NCBI RefSeq assembly: GCF_001194135.2
Contig: NC_068981.1
Coordinates: 184,973,866-185,007,120 of the forward strand
Direction: 5' to 3'
From: Octopus bimaculoides
Taxonomy: Eukaryota
DNA: 33,255 nt
Shown here piece after piece: positions 22,966 through 32,993 of the stretch. Position numbers and translations under genes: made by a program. The notes below the pieces were generated by a model. The model worked only from the letters and a program-made list of their open reading frames with translations. It was not told the DNA's origin and did not search any database. Numbering within the stretch: the stretch's first letter is position 1; every line of letters starts with the position of its first letter.

Positions 22966-25359
22966 CTCACGTTTTGGGATTTTTCTCCAGACGCTGTCCA
23001 GCAGCAAATTCGGCGAACAATCATAATGCCTACACTATGTACGTGCAACTGATAATGCTTACATTACTAGAACTGCTTTTTAAAACCTTAAATTAATTTC
23101 TTTTAAAGCAGTAAGAGTTATTCTGTGTTTTTAAACACACTAAGTCTTTTAAAGGTGTCTACATTATAACAAATACTGCTATTTCACAGCGTTTAACGAC
23201 ATACATTAAGTATGTCATATTGATAATGTTTACATTATTTAAGCTACTTCGAACACAGATTCTAACTATGCATTAGATGCAATTCGAATTATTACGCTAA
23301 GCTTCCATCTTTCGTTTATGTTATTTCCTCTATTTTCATGTTGTTCTGTTGAATGCGTCACAGAACGAAGAGATCCATGACCCTACTGGAGGCTTCATAT
23401 CTCATTGGGGATGGTTCCTCATTGGTAACTCAATGCTCACAGCATGGTTTGAATTCGGTTCTGCAACATTAAGTACTGATAAATTTTCCTTAATAAAAAT
23501 ACAGCAGCTTACCTCGACGAGGTGTGTCTATGAAATACGTTTATTCACAGTTAGGTGGACTGGGCACGAAAGTATTAAGCTTGTCAACGAAATGCTCAGC
23601 ATTGCCACTGCGAAATAAATGGTTGACTTCCATTATCTGGCATTATCTTCGTTACTTAACTGAAGTTCATAACTAACATTCAGCTACGGAGCATTCTACA
23701 ACAGATGTGTCATATTATTAGATTCAAATTTAACTTCTGTTCTATCTTTTATTTTATATACCTATCTCCGTTTATCACAGGTGGTTGGTCCCCTCAAACG
23801 CACGCACAAACATACACACAAGCATGCACACACACACACACACTAGCACACACGCATACGTGCGCACACTGTCAAATGAATGAGTAATACAAGAATAATA
23901 GAACATAGGTCAAATAAAATTTTCGTTCTGAGACCCTATGTTGTCCTGAGCACTGTGGATTGTCCTTGGGGCGCGCTTTTGCAGTTCACAAGGAATCTTT
24001 GATAGCCCAAACGTTATCGCAGATCAATTCTTGATAAGCGTACCGTGTTATCGCAGATCAGTGATAAACGAGGATAGATGTATATATAATGACGTTGACA
24101 CAACTTACAGAATCCAAACAAAAACTCCACGTGTCAATTGAAAGCTGTTTCAAACAACCAGACAGCGGCTGTATCATTTTCGATACACAACTGTAGAATA
24201 CATACGTTTGGTAAATCAAGACTGATATCGGTTGGTTTATTAAAAGAAAACAGTAAAAATAATATACGGCAACCACTTCACTTTCTAAACTTGTCTCAAT
24301 AAGCGGCACTTGAGTTGGTACCAGACTAAAATACATCGCAACAGTTTATACAACAACTGAAAATAACAAATGATAGAAGAGAATTTTTATTAGCTTTGAA
24401 TTCTATTAGGAAAAGATTTTAATGTTTCGCTGTTCGAATTCTACGTCTAGTACTCAAACTCATTACCATTCAGTTAAAAAACATTAATGTATTTGAAATG
24501 TCTCTTACACATCTAGATGTAATATATAATTTCGTTTTAGTGCTTCATCATAATTTTTACTGATTATTAAAAAGAAAAAAAAAGATCATTGCTTTCTTAA
24601 TCTTGCAAAGATTTAAATATGTATTTAAGATTTTGTGCATACATCTCTATAATACGTATCTCAGTCACTCTCTCCGTACTCACACACGCGTACGCACATA
24701 CACAAATATGTATATATATCTATATATATATGTATGTATATTTCTATGTATATATATATGTATGTATATTTCTATGTATATATATATGTATGTATATTTC
24801 TATNNNNNNNNNNNNNNNNNNNNNNNNNNNNNNNNNNNNNNNNNNNNNNNNNNNNNNNNNNNNNNNNNNNNNNNNNNNNNNNNNNNNNNNNNNNNNNNNN
24901 NNNNNNNNNNNNNNNNNNNNNNNNNNNNNNNNNNNNNNNNNNNNNNNNNNNNNNNNNNNNNNNNNNNNNNNNNNNNNNNNNNNNNNNNNNNNNNNNNNNN
25001 NNNNNNNNNNNNNNNNNNNNNNNNNNNNNNNNNNNNNNNNNNNNNNNNNNNNNNNNNNNNNNNNNNNNNNNNNNNNNNNNNNNNNNNNNNNNNNNNNNNN
25101 NNNNNNNNNNNNNNNNNNNNNNNNNNNNNNNNNNNNNNNNNNNNNNNNNNNNNNNNNNNNNNNNNNNNNNNNNNNNNNNNNNNNNNNNNNNNNNNNNNNN
25201 NNNNNNNNNNNNNNNNNNNNNNNNNNNNNNNNNNNNNNNNNNNNNNNNNNNNNNNNNNNNNNNNNNNNNNTATATATATATATATATATATATATATGCA
25301 AATATTACTAATATAGGAAGAAGCAGGGCTGCCAAATACTTCATTTCTTATATCTCGTC

Positions 25360-26212
25360 TTATAGAGTTTCATGAAAGATGAGTGAAATTTATAAGTACA
25401 TAAATGAATGGTATCAGAGGATTTATTTAATGTGCCCAAATTGTATGATTTAAGAATAATGTATGATTCTCTGATGCATAAATTGCATTTGTTACTTATA
25501 GGGGAGAGCGTTTGCTAGTAGAGACCATGAAATTTTATAATTAGTGTTGCTATTCCTTAAATTATGTATATATGAGGCTAGAATACCAGAAGTTTTATAT
25601 TTAATGTCAGCAAATGAATTTAAGTGCGTTCTAGATCGTTCTTTGAACTAAACAGTACTGTCTATATATGTTCTATCCTGATACTTATCTGATACTACTG
25701 TACATTTATATACTACATGTTTACGGAGGCACAATTCTTCAAGTGGGCATAAATCGATTTTTCTACAGCTACATGTTTTCACTAATATATTTTCGTTATT
25801 GTCTATATTTTCTGGGGGTGGGTGGATTGGTTTCCATTATTCAAGTCAACCGGCGAATTGGAGTTATTTTTATTTGATGTTGAATTATATGAATTAGGTG
25901 TTCCTTATATACTTATATTATTTATGCTAGGTCTCCTATCAGTGTTAAAGGTTGTGAGAGTTTGATATTTGATTTCCTTCTTATTTACAGGTGTTATAAC
26001 TGATCCTAAATTTGGCATTGTTTCTTTCACTCTCTTTTACTTGTTTGTCATTTCACTGTGGCCATGCTGGAGCACCGTCTTTCGTCGAGCAAATCGACCC
26101 CAGGACTTATTCTTTGTAAGCCTAGTACTTATTCTATCGGTGTCTTTTGCCAAACCACTTAGTTACGGGGACGTAAACACACCAGCATCGGTTGTCAAGC
26201 GATGTTGGGGGA

Positions 26213-26262
<50 letters not shown>

Positions 26263-27080
26263 TATATACGACGGGCTTCTTTCAGTTTCCGTCTTCCAAA
26301 TCCACTCACAAGGCTTTGGTCGGCCCGAGGCGATAGTAGAAGACACTTGCCCAAGGTGCCACGCAGTGGGAATGAACCCGGAACCATGTGGTTGGTAAGC
26401 AAGCTACTTACCACATAGCCACTCCTGCGCCTAACAAGAGGGGTCGGTCAAAACTCGGAGTTCTCCGACGCAGGCCGCTCCCGTGTGCAGGTCGAATAAG
26501 AAAATTATATAGAAAATTTATTGCCTATTGGATAGTATCTGTGATGTTTTGGAAAATTATGTTTTAAGATTTTGAAAATTAGTTTAGATTTTTAACAGCA
26601 AAGGAGAATGGAGGGGTAAACCAAATTACTTCGCTCTTCCTAGATATATATTGTTTAGATATATCATGTTGTTCTCGAGCAGAGTATTTATTTTTATGGC
26701 TGGGGCCAATTTTATTATATTTAATATAATTATAAATGCCTGAAGGCTTAATTATCACTAATACGTCACTGAAAAATGCAAGTATAATTAAGTTAGAATC
26801 AGAGTTATTATCGTTAGAGAGTTTTGTTTTAAGTTTAGTGAATTTGATTGCTAAAGCCACTTGATTTTAAGGCTTGAGTATAAACGGGTGCATGAGCATT
26901 AAATATTTCCTCATTAGCCGAAAGTTTGGAGATTCTTATCGATATAGCTGTGACTAAACTGTTAATGGTGGATTTAGAATGATTTGAGGAAACATTAATG
27001 TATTGTATTTCCTGATTGGGCTTTCTATATGATAATAAAGTTTAGTATTAAGATCTAAAGTGACCTCTATAAAATTTATG
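25360..27080 (-). mobile_element. 5'-truncated Penelope-like element (RT C-terminus plus GIY-YIG endonuclease), interrupted by a SINE-containing insertion at ~26024-26489
   Basis: With frameshifts it reads NFIEVTLDLN..YRKPNQEIQYINVSSNH..RISKLSANEEIFN..ALKSSGF..IWFTPPFS..FPKHHRYY..FSYS[insertion]TMPNLGSVI..NKK..CSCRKIDLCPLEELC..VVYKCTV..YIDST..FKER..H..SF..YKISWSLL..KCNLCIRE..LNK..stop at 25360-62. Confidence 0.9.
26025..26432 (-). mobile_element. Composite SINE (A module, internal (TG)n, B module), full length
   Basis: The head AGGCGCAGGAGTGGCTATGTGG has its 5' end at 26432, the (CA)n lies at 26215-26260, and the B module with GGCCATGCTGGAGCACCG is near 26060. Confidence 0.9.
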
Positions 27081-27084
27081 GCTA

Positions 27085-27145
27085 GATAACTGAAGAGATG
27101 GCAGTGTGGGTTTCTGCCCCGGCATCCGAAACTCGGAATTTTATC
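27085..27145 (+). ncRNA. Type I hammerhead-ribozyme-like motif in an inverted PLE pseudo-LTR
   Basis: Stem I GATAA (27085-89) pairs with TTATC (27141-45). The core is CTGAAGA (27090-96), stem II-like pairs are GATG/CATC and GCAG/CTGC, GAAA is at 27128-31, and a short stem III ends in TT. Stem III has a C-A mismatch and stem II is offset by one nucleotide. Confidence 0.65.
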
Positions 27146-27172
27146 ATGGCTACCGAATAATTGCCACATATC

Positions 27173-27229
<57 letters not shown>

Positions 27230-27253
27230 NNNNNNNNNNNNNNNNNNNNNNNN

Positions 27254-27309
<56 letters not shown>

Positions 27310-27544
27310 TAGCTACATGTATATACATGTGTGTGTGTGTGTGTGTGTTTGTTGAAATGTATGTGCTTATTTAAATATACATATATAATTTAAACCGATT
27401 GATACATGCACACACGCACATATAATATATATACACCGGTGTTATAGCAGGGTTACTAAACGTTGCAGTTGAAACATGTGTCGGTCTATACAAAGCTGTA
27501 TATATAAAAAAATTAAAATTAATGCTATGCCACTTCGTAATAAT

Positions 27545-27585
<41 letters not shown>

Positions 27586-28190
27586 AAAAATATTAAAAAT
27601 ATGCTATATTTATTCATGCTTATTATTGATTAGTTAGAATGCTTTGCTGTGGAAAATGCAAAATAAAGAAAACAAGAAAAATCAATTTCAAACGTATTGA
27701 TAGATAATTATAAATTTGAGCTGCTACTCTTACTCTCTCGCATGTCTGATCAATTGATTACATAGATCGTGTACACAAATATATGCTTTGTTTGTTATGT
27801 CATCAGATGGCATCTGTTTGTTTATACTCGGGGGATTTTGTTCTATCGATAATCCTTATTACACTGAAAAGTTCATGTCATATTTATTATGTAGAAGAAT
27901 CTCATAGTTGATTATTTATTCTTTTCTTATTTTTTGAAATAAAAAAAAGAATGAAGAGAGGCCTTTTGTTAGTTTATCACATGTGACTATATGATATGTC
28001 GATAAGTCTGGTAATGGATAATCATGGAATAACTTTGAATTCTGGTAAGCAAATGTAAAATAAATATACGAATATTGATATTATTTTCTGTTCTTTTTTT
28101 TTAAAAATATAATGATATATGAATTCGAAACAAATCATATTATAAGTTTTACTGTTCCTCCCTTTACAGTAAATCACGTATTATTTGTAA

Positions 28191-28792
28191 TCTGGTTTCA
28201 AATAGTAGCACAAGGCCAGCAATTTCGGGGTTAACACCGATCTCAGTATCCAACTGGTACTTACGTCATCGACTACAAAAACATGAAAGGCAAAGTCGAC
28301 CTTGGCAGAATTTGAACTCAAAACCTAAAGCCAGACGAAATGCTGCGATGTGATTTGCCCGGCGTGCTCACAATTCTGCCAGCTCACTGCCTTTTACATA
28401 TTCTTTTCTACTCTAGGCACAAGGCCCGAAATGTTTTAGGGAGTGGGGGCGCCAGTCAATTAGATTGACCCCAGTACGCAACTGGTACTTAATTTATCGA
28501 CCCCGAAAGGGATGAAAGGCAAAGGAATTTGAGCTCAGACCAAAAAGACAGACGAAATACCGCTAAGCATTTCGCCCGGCATGCTAACGTTTCTTATTTC
28601 TTTATTGCCCACAAGGGGCTAAACATAGAGGGGACAAACAAGGACAGACAAATGGATTAGTCGATTACATCGACCCCAGTGCGTAACTGGTACTTAATTT
28701 ATCGACCCCGAAAGGATGAAAGGCAAATCGACCTCGGCAGAATTTGAACCCAGAACGCCTGACGTGCTGAAGTATTTGCCAGCTCACCGCCT
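28191..28792 (-). mobile_element. Three tandem SINE family C copies (28191-28392, 28401-28593, 28595-28792)
   Basis: Each carries GTACTTA..TCGAC..AAAGGCAAA and a GAATTTGA.C B-box complement. The three tails differ. Confidence 0.9.
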
Positions 28793-29183
28793 TACTACCT
28801 TTTACATATTATTTGCAATATGAAGGGAAGAATACAAGGCAATAGACTGTAAGGTTCATAGATTTCCGTAAGTTATTTTAATTTTGAGTGGAAATGAGAG
28901 GAAAGATTTCGATTTATTTGAGAGTTTATTGTTAAAGTACGACGTGCACACGAAATAGGGGGAGATTTGCTTTGAGAAATAAATATTTTGTGTGAATAAT
29001 AGATATTTTGTATGGTTTGGTTCAAAGAAAAACAGCAAATGATCTTTTGTTGGGGCTGTGCAGAGGGGGGTCGGTGGGAATAAAATGATTGAACTGCGAC
29101 TTATATATTACCACAGTACGAAACAGGCTCAATGAGATATTATTGAGGAGAAAACAGCTGAAAACAGTATTAATTTTTGGCGT

Positions 29184-29643
29184 AATGTATTGTAAAGGAG
29201 GAGGTGAATTGGAGAAGATGTTAGAGCGTTGGATGAAATTTCATGCGGTATTTATTACGGTGCCTTGCGTTTTGAGTTCAAATCCTGTCGGAGACAGCTT
29301 TGCCTTTCATTTTCTCGAAGGCTCATAAAATAAAATAACAATCTGGGGCGGTGGAATCGCGGAAATGTTTACTGGAATGTATTGTAAACGCAGGAGGGAA
29401 ATTGACGAAATCGTTAGATGAAATACCCTGTGGTATTTATTCTGGCACTTTGCTTTTTGAGTTCAAATCCAACTCAGGTCACCTTTGCACTTTATCCTTT
29501 CAGGGATCGATAAGATAAAGAAACGATGCAGAATGGCGAATTCGCGAAAATGTTAGAAAATTGGTCTGGATTCCTAGCAGCATCAATCCCAAATCATTGC
29601 GTTCGGAGTTCAAATCTGATCGTGAATTTTCATCCATGCCTAG
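29184..29643 (+). mobile_element. Three degenerate SINE-C-like 5' halves in tandem
   Basis: GAGTTCAAATC recurs at about 29274, 29459 and 29606. The first two copies are each preceded by AATGTATTGTAAA (29184, 29376). Confidence 0.65.
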
Positions 29644-29817
29644 TTTGAGGTTAATGTCCTCTTTCCCTCTCACCAGCCCTGTAAGCCCTGTAAACTGTCA
29701 CAGGTGTGGAATTCCGTCATGAATATCAAATAAAATAGAAAAGACATTGAGGATTTCACTAAAGAGCACTTAAGGGTCGGATGATACTGAACTGGCAGTA
29801 AATTAGACGTACTATCA

Positions 29818-29912
29818 ACGAACTGCTTCCTTGCAGTTTCCTTGGGCACAGTTTTATCATTCACAAAGCTTGAGCTGAGGCTATAGTAGAAGACTCTTAC
29901 CAAAGTTATCGA
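29818..29912 (-). mobile_element. Partial degenerate SINE family A
   Basis: The reverse complement contains GTCTTCTACTATAGCCTC and GGAAACTGCAAGGAAGC. Confidence 0.65.
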
Positions 29913-30196
29913 TCTGTTGAGTCTAACAACATGGTATTTCGTGATTGAGAATCGAATTTTGATGGGATGCGTTATACATAACCGAGTATTCTACACTAGT
30001 GCTTCTCAACATAATGTTAACTTTGCTGGTCTTAAAAAGGGATTCCAAGAGGTGAGTAAGGAAGAAAATAATAGTGACACATTTAGATCTAATTTTACTT
30101 AGAATTTTAAGCAAAGTGATATTACACATTAGAAAGGGAAAAGAGGAAACTGGTGGTCGCTTACGTCGGTAAAAATTGGATGTGAAATTTATTCAG

Positions 30197-30367
30197 TGAA
30201 GTTTGAGAGTTTGGATAAGTTCATGTGTCACGGAGAGAAACTAACATTTCGAGACTGATCCTTTGCATGCGAAAAACATATTTTTCAATTGAATTTTTTT
30301 CTCGAGCAAAAACGTCAGATTCCAAGTTTCTCCATGGTCACGAACTTATCTAAATTCAGGAACTTTA
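30197..30367. mobile_element. Degenerate inverted-repeat element (MITE-like, ~170 bp)
   Basis: GATAAGTTC (30214-22) pairs with GAACTTATC (30342-50). The arms extend imperfectly (GGAGA..AAACT / AGTTTCTCC). Confidence 0.5.
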
Positions 30368-31899
30368 AGTCATTAAACCAAAGAACTAAACTTTCACTTA
30401 CGCATCACAAGATAGAAAAAAAATACACACAAAAAAAAGTAGCTGCAATATTGTAAAATGAAAACGTTATTATTTTGGCCTTACAGATTCTGTTCCACAT
30501 AGGAATATTTAATCAATTATTATTCGTAAAATAAATTGTCTTGCAATAGTTTCTTTGAGTGTTGGATACATGCTGTGAAATTTTATGGCATGACTTTTAT
30601 AATGTCATCAGCGATTTGTAAAATATACATAAAAAAAAGTTATCTACTTTGACTCCACTTTTCCTTTCATTTCTGATAGGAAATTAGTACCACTACTAGA
30701 TATCATATTCTTCTGAACTACTGATGAATACTCTGTAAGATATTAAACGGATAACTGGAGAGACACATATGGTTAAATGTTGCGTACCATACTGTTTTGA
30801 TTATTAGTAGTGTGTTCAATGATATTACAGAAGGAAGAAACCGAAGCCGTAATTATTAGCTGATTTCTCAAATTCTTGTGGATGATAATAGTAGCATATT
30901 TTGTCAATTGAGTCACGCGGCTTAGAAAATTTTCCTTTGTCTTTCCAATAGAAAGAAATGACTGTAAATGTACCCTGTCGATAGTCTTCTTGGGAAGCAA
31001 GCAGAGGCAATTATTCTAGTATAGTGTTTTATTAAAGACACAGGATTAAGATGATTTGAGTTTAGGAAAGCTTTTCTGTTCTATTGTGAGCTTTTGTACT
31101 TTTCTAACAGAATGATGTAGATTGATTCGACGCTATCTTATTGCTGGCGCTTATTTTCTTGACTTGTTGAATGAAAGATAACCACCGCATCAGAGGGATT
31201 CAAAGCTGGAAATTAAAGGGAAATATCTCAATGCTGTAAGGCATTCAGTCTAACTTTCTCCTGTTTCTGTGAACTTCATTGCGAGTGCAGAAAGGTGAAA
31301 TAACTTTCTTACTTTTGGTTCAGTAAATAATTTCGAAATTTCAGATCCTTAATTCTGAATATCTAAATACGTTGCAATATTCAATAAAAATTGGTTTATA
31401 CTTAGTAAAAAAATAAAAAAAATTCATTTAGTATCTCGTTTAAAAAATAGTATTTAACGCGCAACCCATAAGTAAGAAGGTCCCGTTTTTATTGAAAGAA
31501 AGATTAAATTCATGTTAGAAAATTACAACTACGTTTATTATTTTTTTTTATGTGGTGTTGTAGAAGAGAAAAACCGTTTTCTACTGCTGTCCTTTTTTAA
31601 CATTTGGTTACTCAGTGCTGCCTGAATTGCACAACAGATAAACTGAATGTAAAGGCATATATATATAATGTATCAAACTCATTATGATTGATACATGCGA
31701 TTGAAGCGCTGGTGTATAGCTGTGGAAGTTAAAATAAGTTGGAGTGCTATTGGTGTATAAGGAACGAAAAGGAAAAAAAAAAAAGTCCTCTGAATAAAAA
31801 AAAATTGGATTGAAATATAATATCCGGTGAAAATTACCATATTAAAAAAAATATATTTAAGAAGAAAGGCAGTGAATTGAGAGAATCGGCATGCAACTA

Positions 31900-31990
31900 G
31901 CAAGAAATCTTCTGGTATTTGGTTGCTTGCCTTTACATTCTACGTTCAAACCTTACCGAAGTCAACTTCATCTTTCATCTTATATAATAA
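31900..31990 (+). mobile_element. Degenerate SINE-C fragment
   Basis: GGTATTT...GTTCAAAC...GAAGTCAACTTCATCTTTCATC resembles the family C centre. Confidence 0.5.
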
Positions 31991-32059
31991 GATTATAATA
32001 ATATAATTTGAGAGAAAGCATAGCGACCACCCAGTTTGAAAAGTTGTGTCCTTATAAGG

Positions 32060-32129
32060 AATCAACATGAGAGATGCTGACGATGTTTAAAGTGAATCAA
32101 CATGAGAGGTGCTGACGATGTTTAAAGTG
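32060..32129 (+). repeat. 35-bp tandem duplication
   Basis: AATCAACATGAGAG(A/G)TGCTGACGATGTTTAAAGTG x2. Confidence 0.95.
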
Positions 32130-32245
32130 CATAAATATTTAGGAGTTCAGTAAAATCGATTCAAGAACCATACATCTTACAAATGTTAATTTATGGAAGA
32201 ACCGGGGTATGCATATTCATTAACCGCGTAAATTCTTGAAGTGAA

Positions 32246-32550
32246 GGCGCGTGGCTTAGTGGTTACGGTTTCAGCTCAGAATTGTAAGTTCAACTCCTGG
32301 TGGCACGATGTGTCCATCAGACAGATACTTCGTTTCACGTTGCTTCAGTTCATTCAGTTAGCAGAAATGAGTAGTTGCTGTATTTCAAAGGACCAGCCTT
32401 GTCACATTATGTGTCACGCCTAACCTCGCCGAGAACTACGTCAAGGGTACACTTGTCTGTCGAGTGCTCAGCCACTTGCAAGTTAATTTCACGATCAGGC
32501 TGTTCCATTGATTGGACCAACTTAGAATCCTCGTTGTGGCAAATGCCAGT
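32246..32550 (+). mobile_element. tRNA-derived SINE family D, near full length
   Basis: A-box-like TGGCTTAGTGG, B-box-like GTTCAACTCC, CORE-like centre, and a tail shared with 4641-4790. Confidence 0.8.
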
Positions 32551-32589
32551 TTTTAACGTTCTTGGAAATTCACATGCTAATTCAGAAAA

Positions 32590-32700
32590 TTGGTTTCAAA
32601 TTTTGGCACAAGGCTAGCAGTTTCGGGGAGGAAACTAGTCGATTACATCGACTAGTACTTATTTTTTCGACCCCGAGAGGATGAAAGGTAAAGTGGACCA
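32590..32700 (-). mobile_element. 3' part of a SINE family C copy, cut at ~32700
   Basis: GGCACAAGGC...AGTCGATTACATCGAC...TCGACCCCGAGAGGATGAAAGG. Confidence 0.8.
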
Positions 32701-32937
32701 TCCTTAAACAACCCATATTCAGGGACCTTTTGAGCGGGATGGTCTACTCGATTTGAGGGAAATTCTAACTGGGCTGCACCTACAAGGTCATGCGCTGTTT
32801 ATTTTGATATAAGATCATGTCGCGCACATATGGTTGTGATGCATGTGACTGGTGTACCCTTATTAGACGGGCAGTCATGATGGGTATACTGGGTTCGAGT
32901 GTCACTTTGATGGCATGCACTTCTCTCTCATTCAATG

Positions 32938-32992
<55 letters not shown>
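32701..32992 (+). mobile_element. Probable 3' UTR/tail of a non-LTR retroelement ending in (TAA)n
   Basis: It interrupts a SINE abruptly, has more balanced GC, and ends in (ATA)n at 32938-32992. Its identity as a LINE tail is inference. Confidence 0.55.

Positions 32993-32993
<1 letters not shown>

Larger units (their letters stand above)
3338..27253. other. Assembly gaps (11 N runs, ~5.3 kb)
   Basis: 3338-3667, 5116-5252, 7148-7689, 8450-8806, 10466-11420, 12183-13067, 13484-14139, 19758-19954, 20690-21482, 24804-25270, 27230-27253. Confidence 0.98.

Noticed and set aside
23514-23608. Minus-strand segment with a good acceptor (TTTCGCAG|) and donor (GAG|GTAAGC)
   Set aside because: All three frames contain stops. 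It could only be a non-coding exon and nothing else supports it.
24058-24336. 92-aa hydrophobic minus-strand ORF
   Set aside because: It has no recognisable motif, and hydrophobic ORFs arise readily from T-rich sequence.
27450-27486. GAAAC-ATGT-GTC, the 3' half of a minimal hammerhead near the PLE
   Set aside because: The upstream core reads CTAAACG rather than CTGANGA and stem I does not pair. At most it is a dead remnant.
4474-27852. Peptide similarity GKCMFILGGVCS (~4477) vs GICLFILGGFCS (~27809), with mostly third-position differences
   Set aside because: A rough estimate says several 9/12 matches are expected among all six-frame pairs in a window this size. The similarity does not extend on either side and there are no consistent splice sites.
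32074-32129. CTGACGA twice in the 35-bp duplication
   Set aside because: No GAAA or stem III follows. It is simply a tandem duplication.
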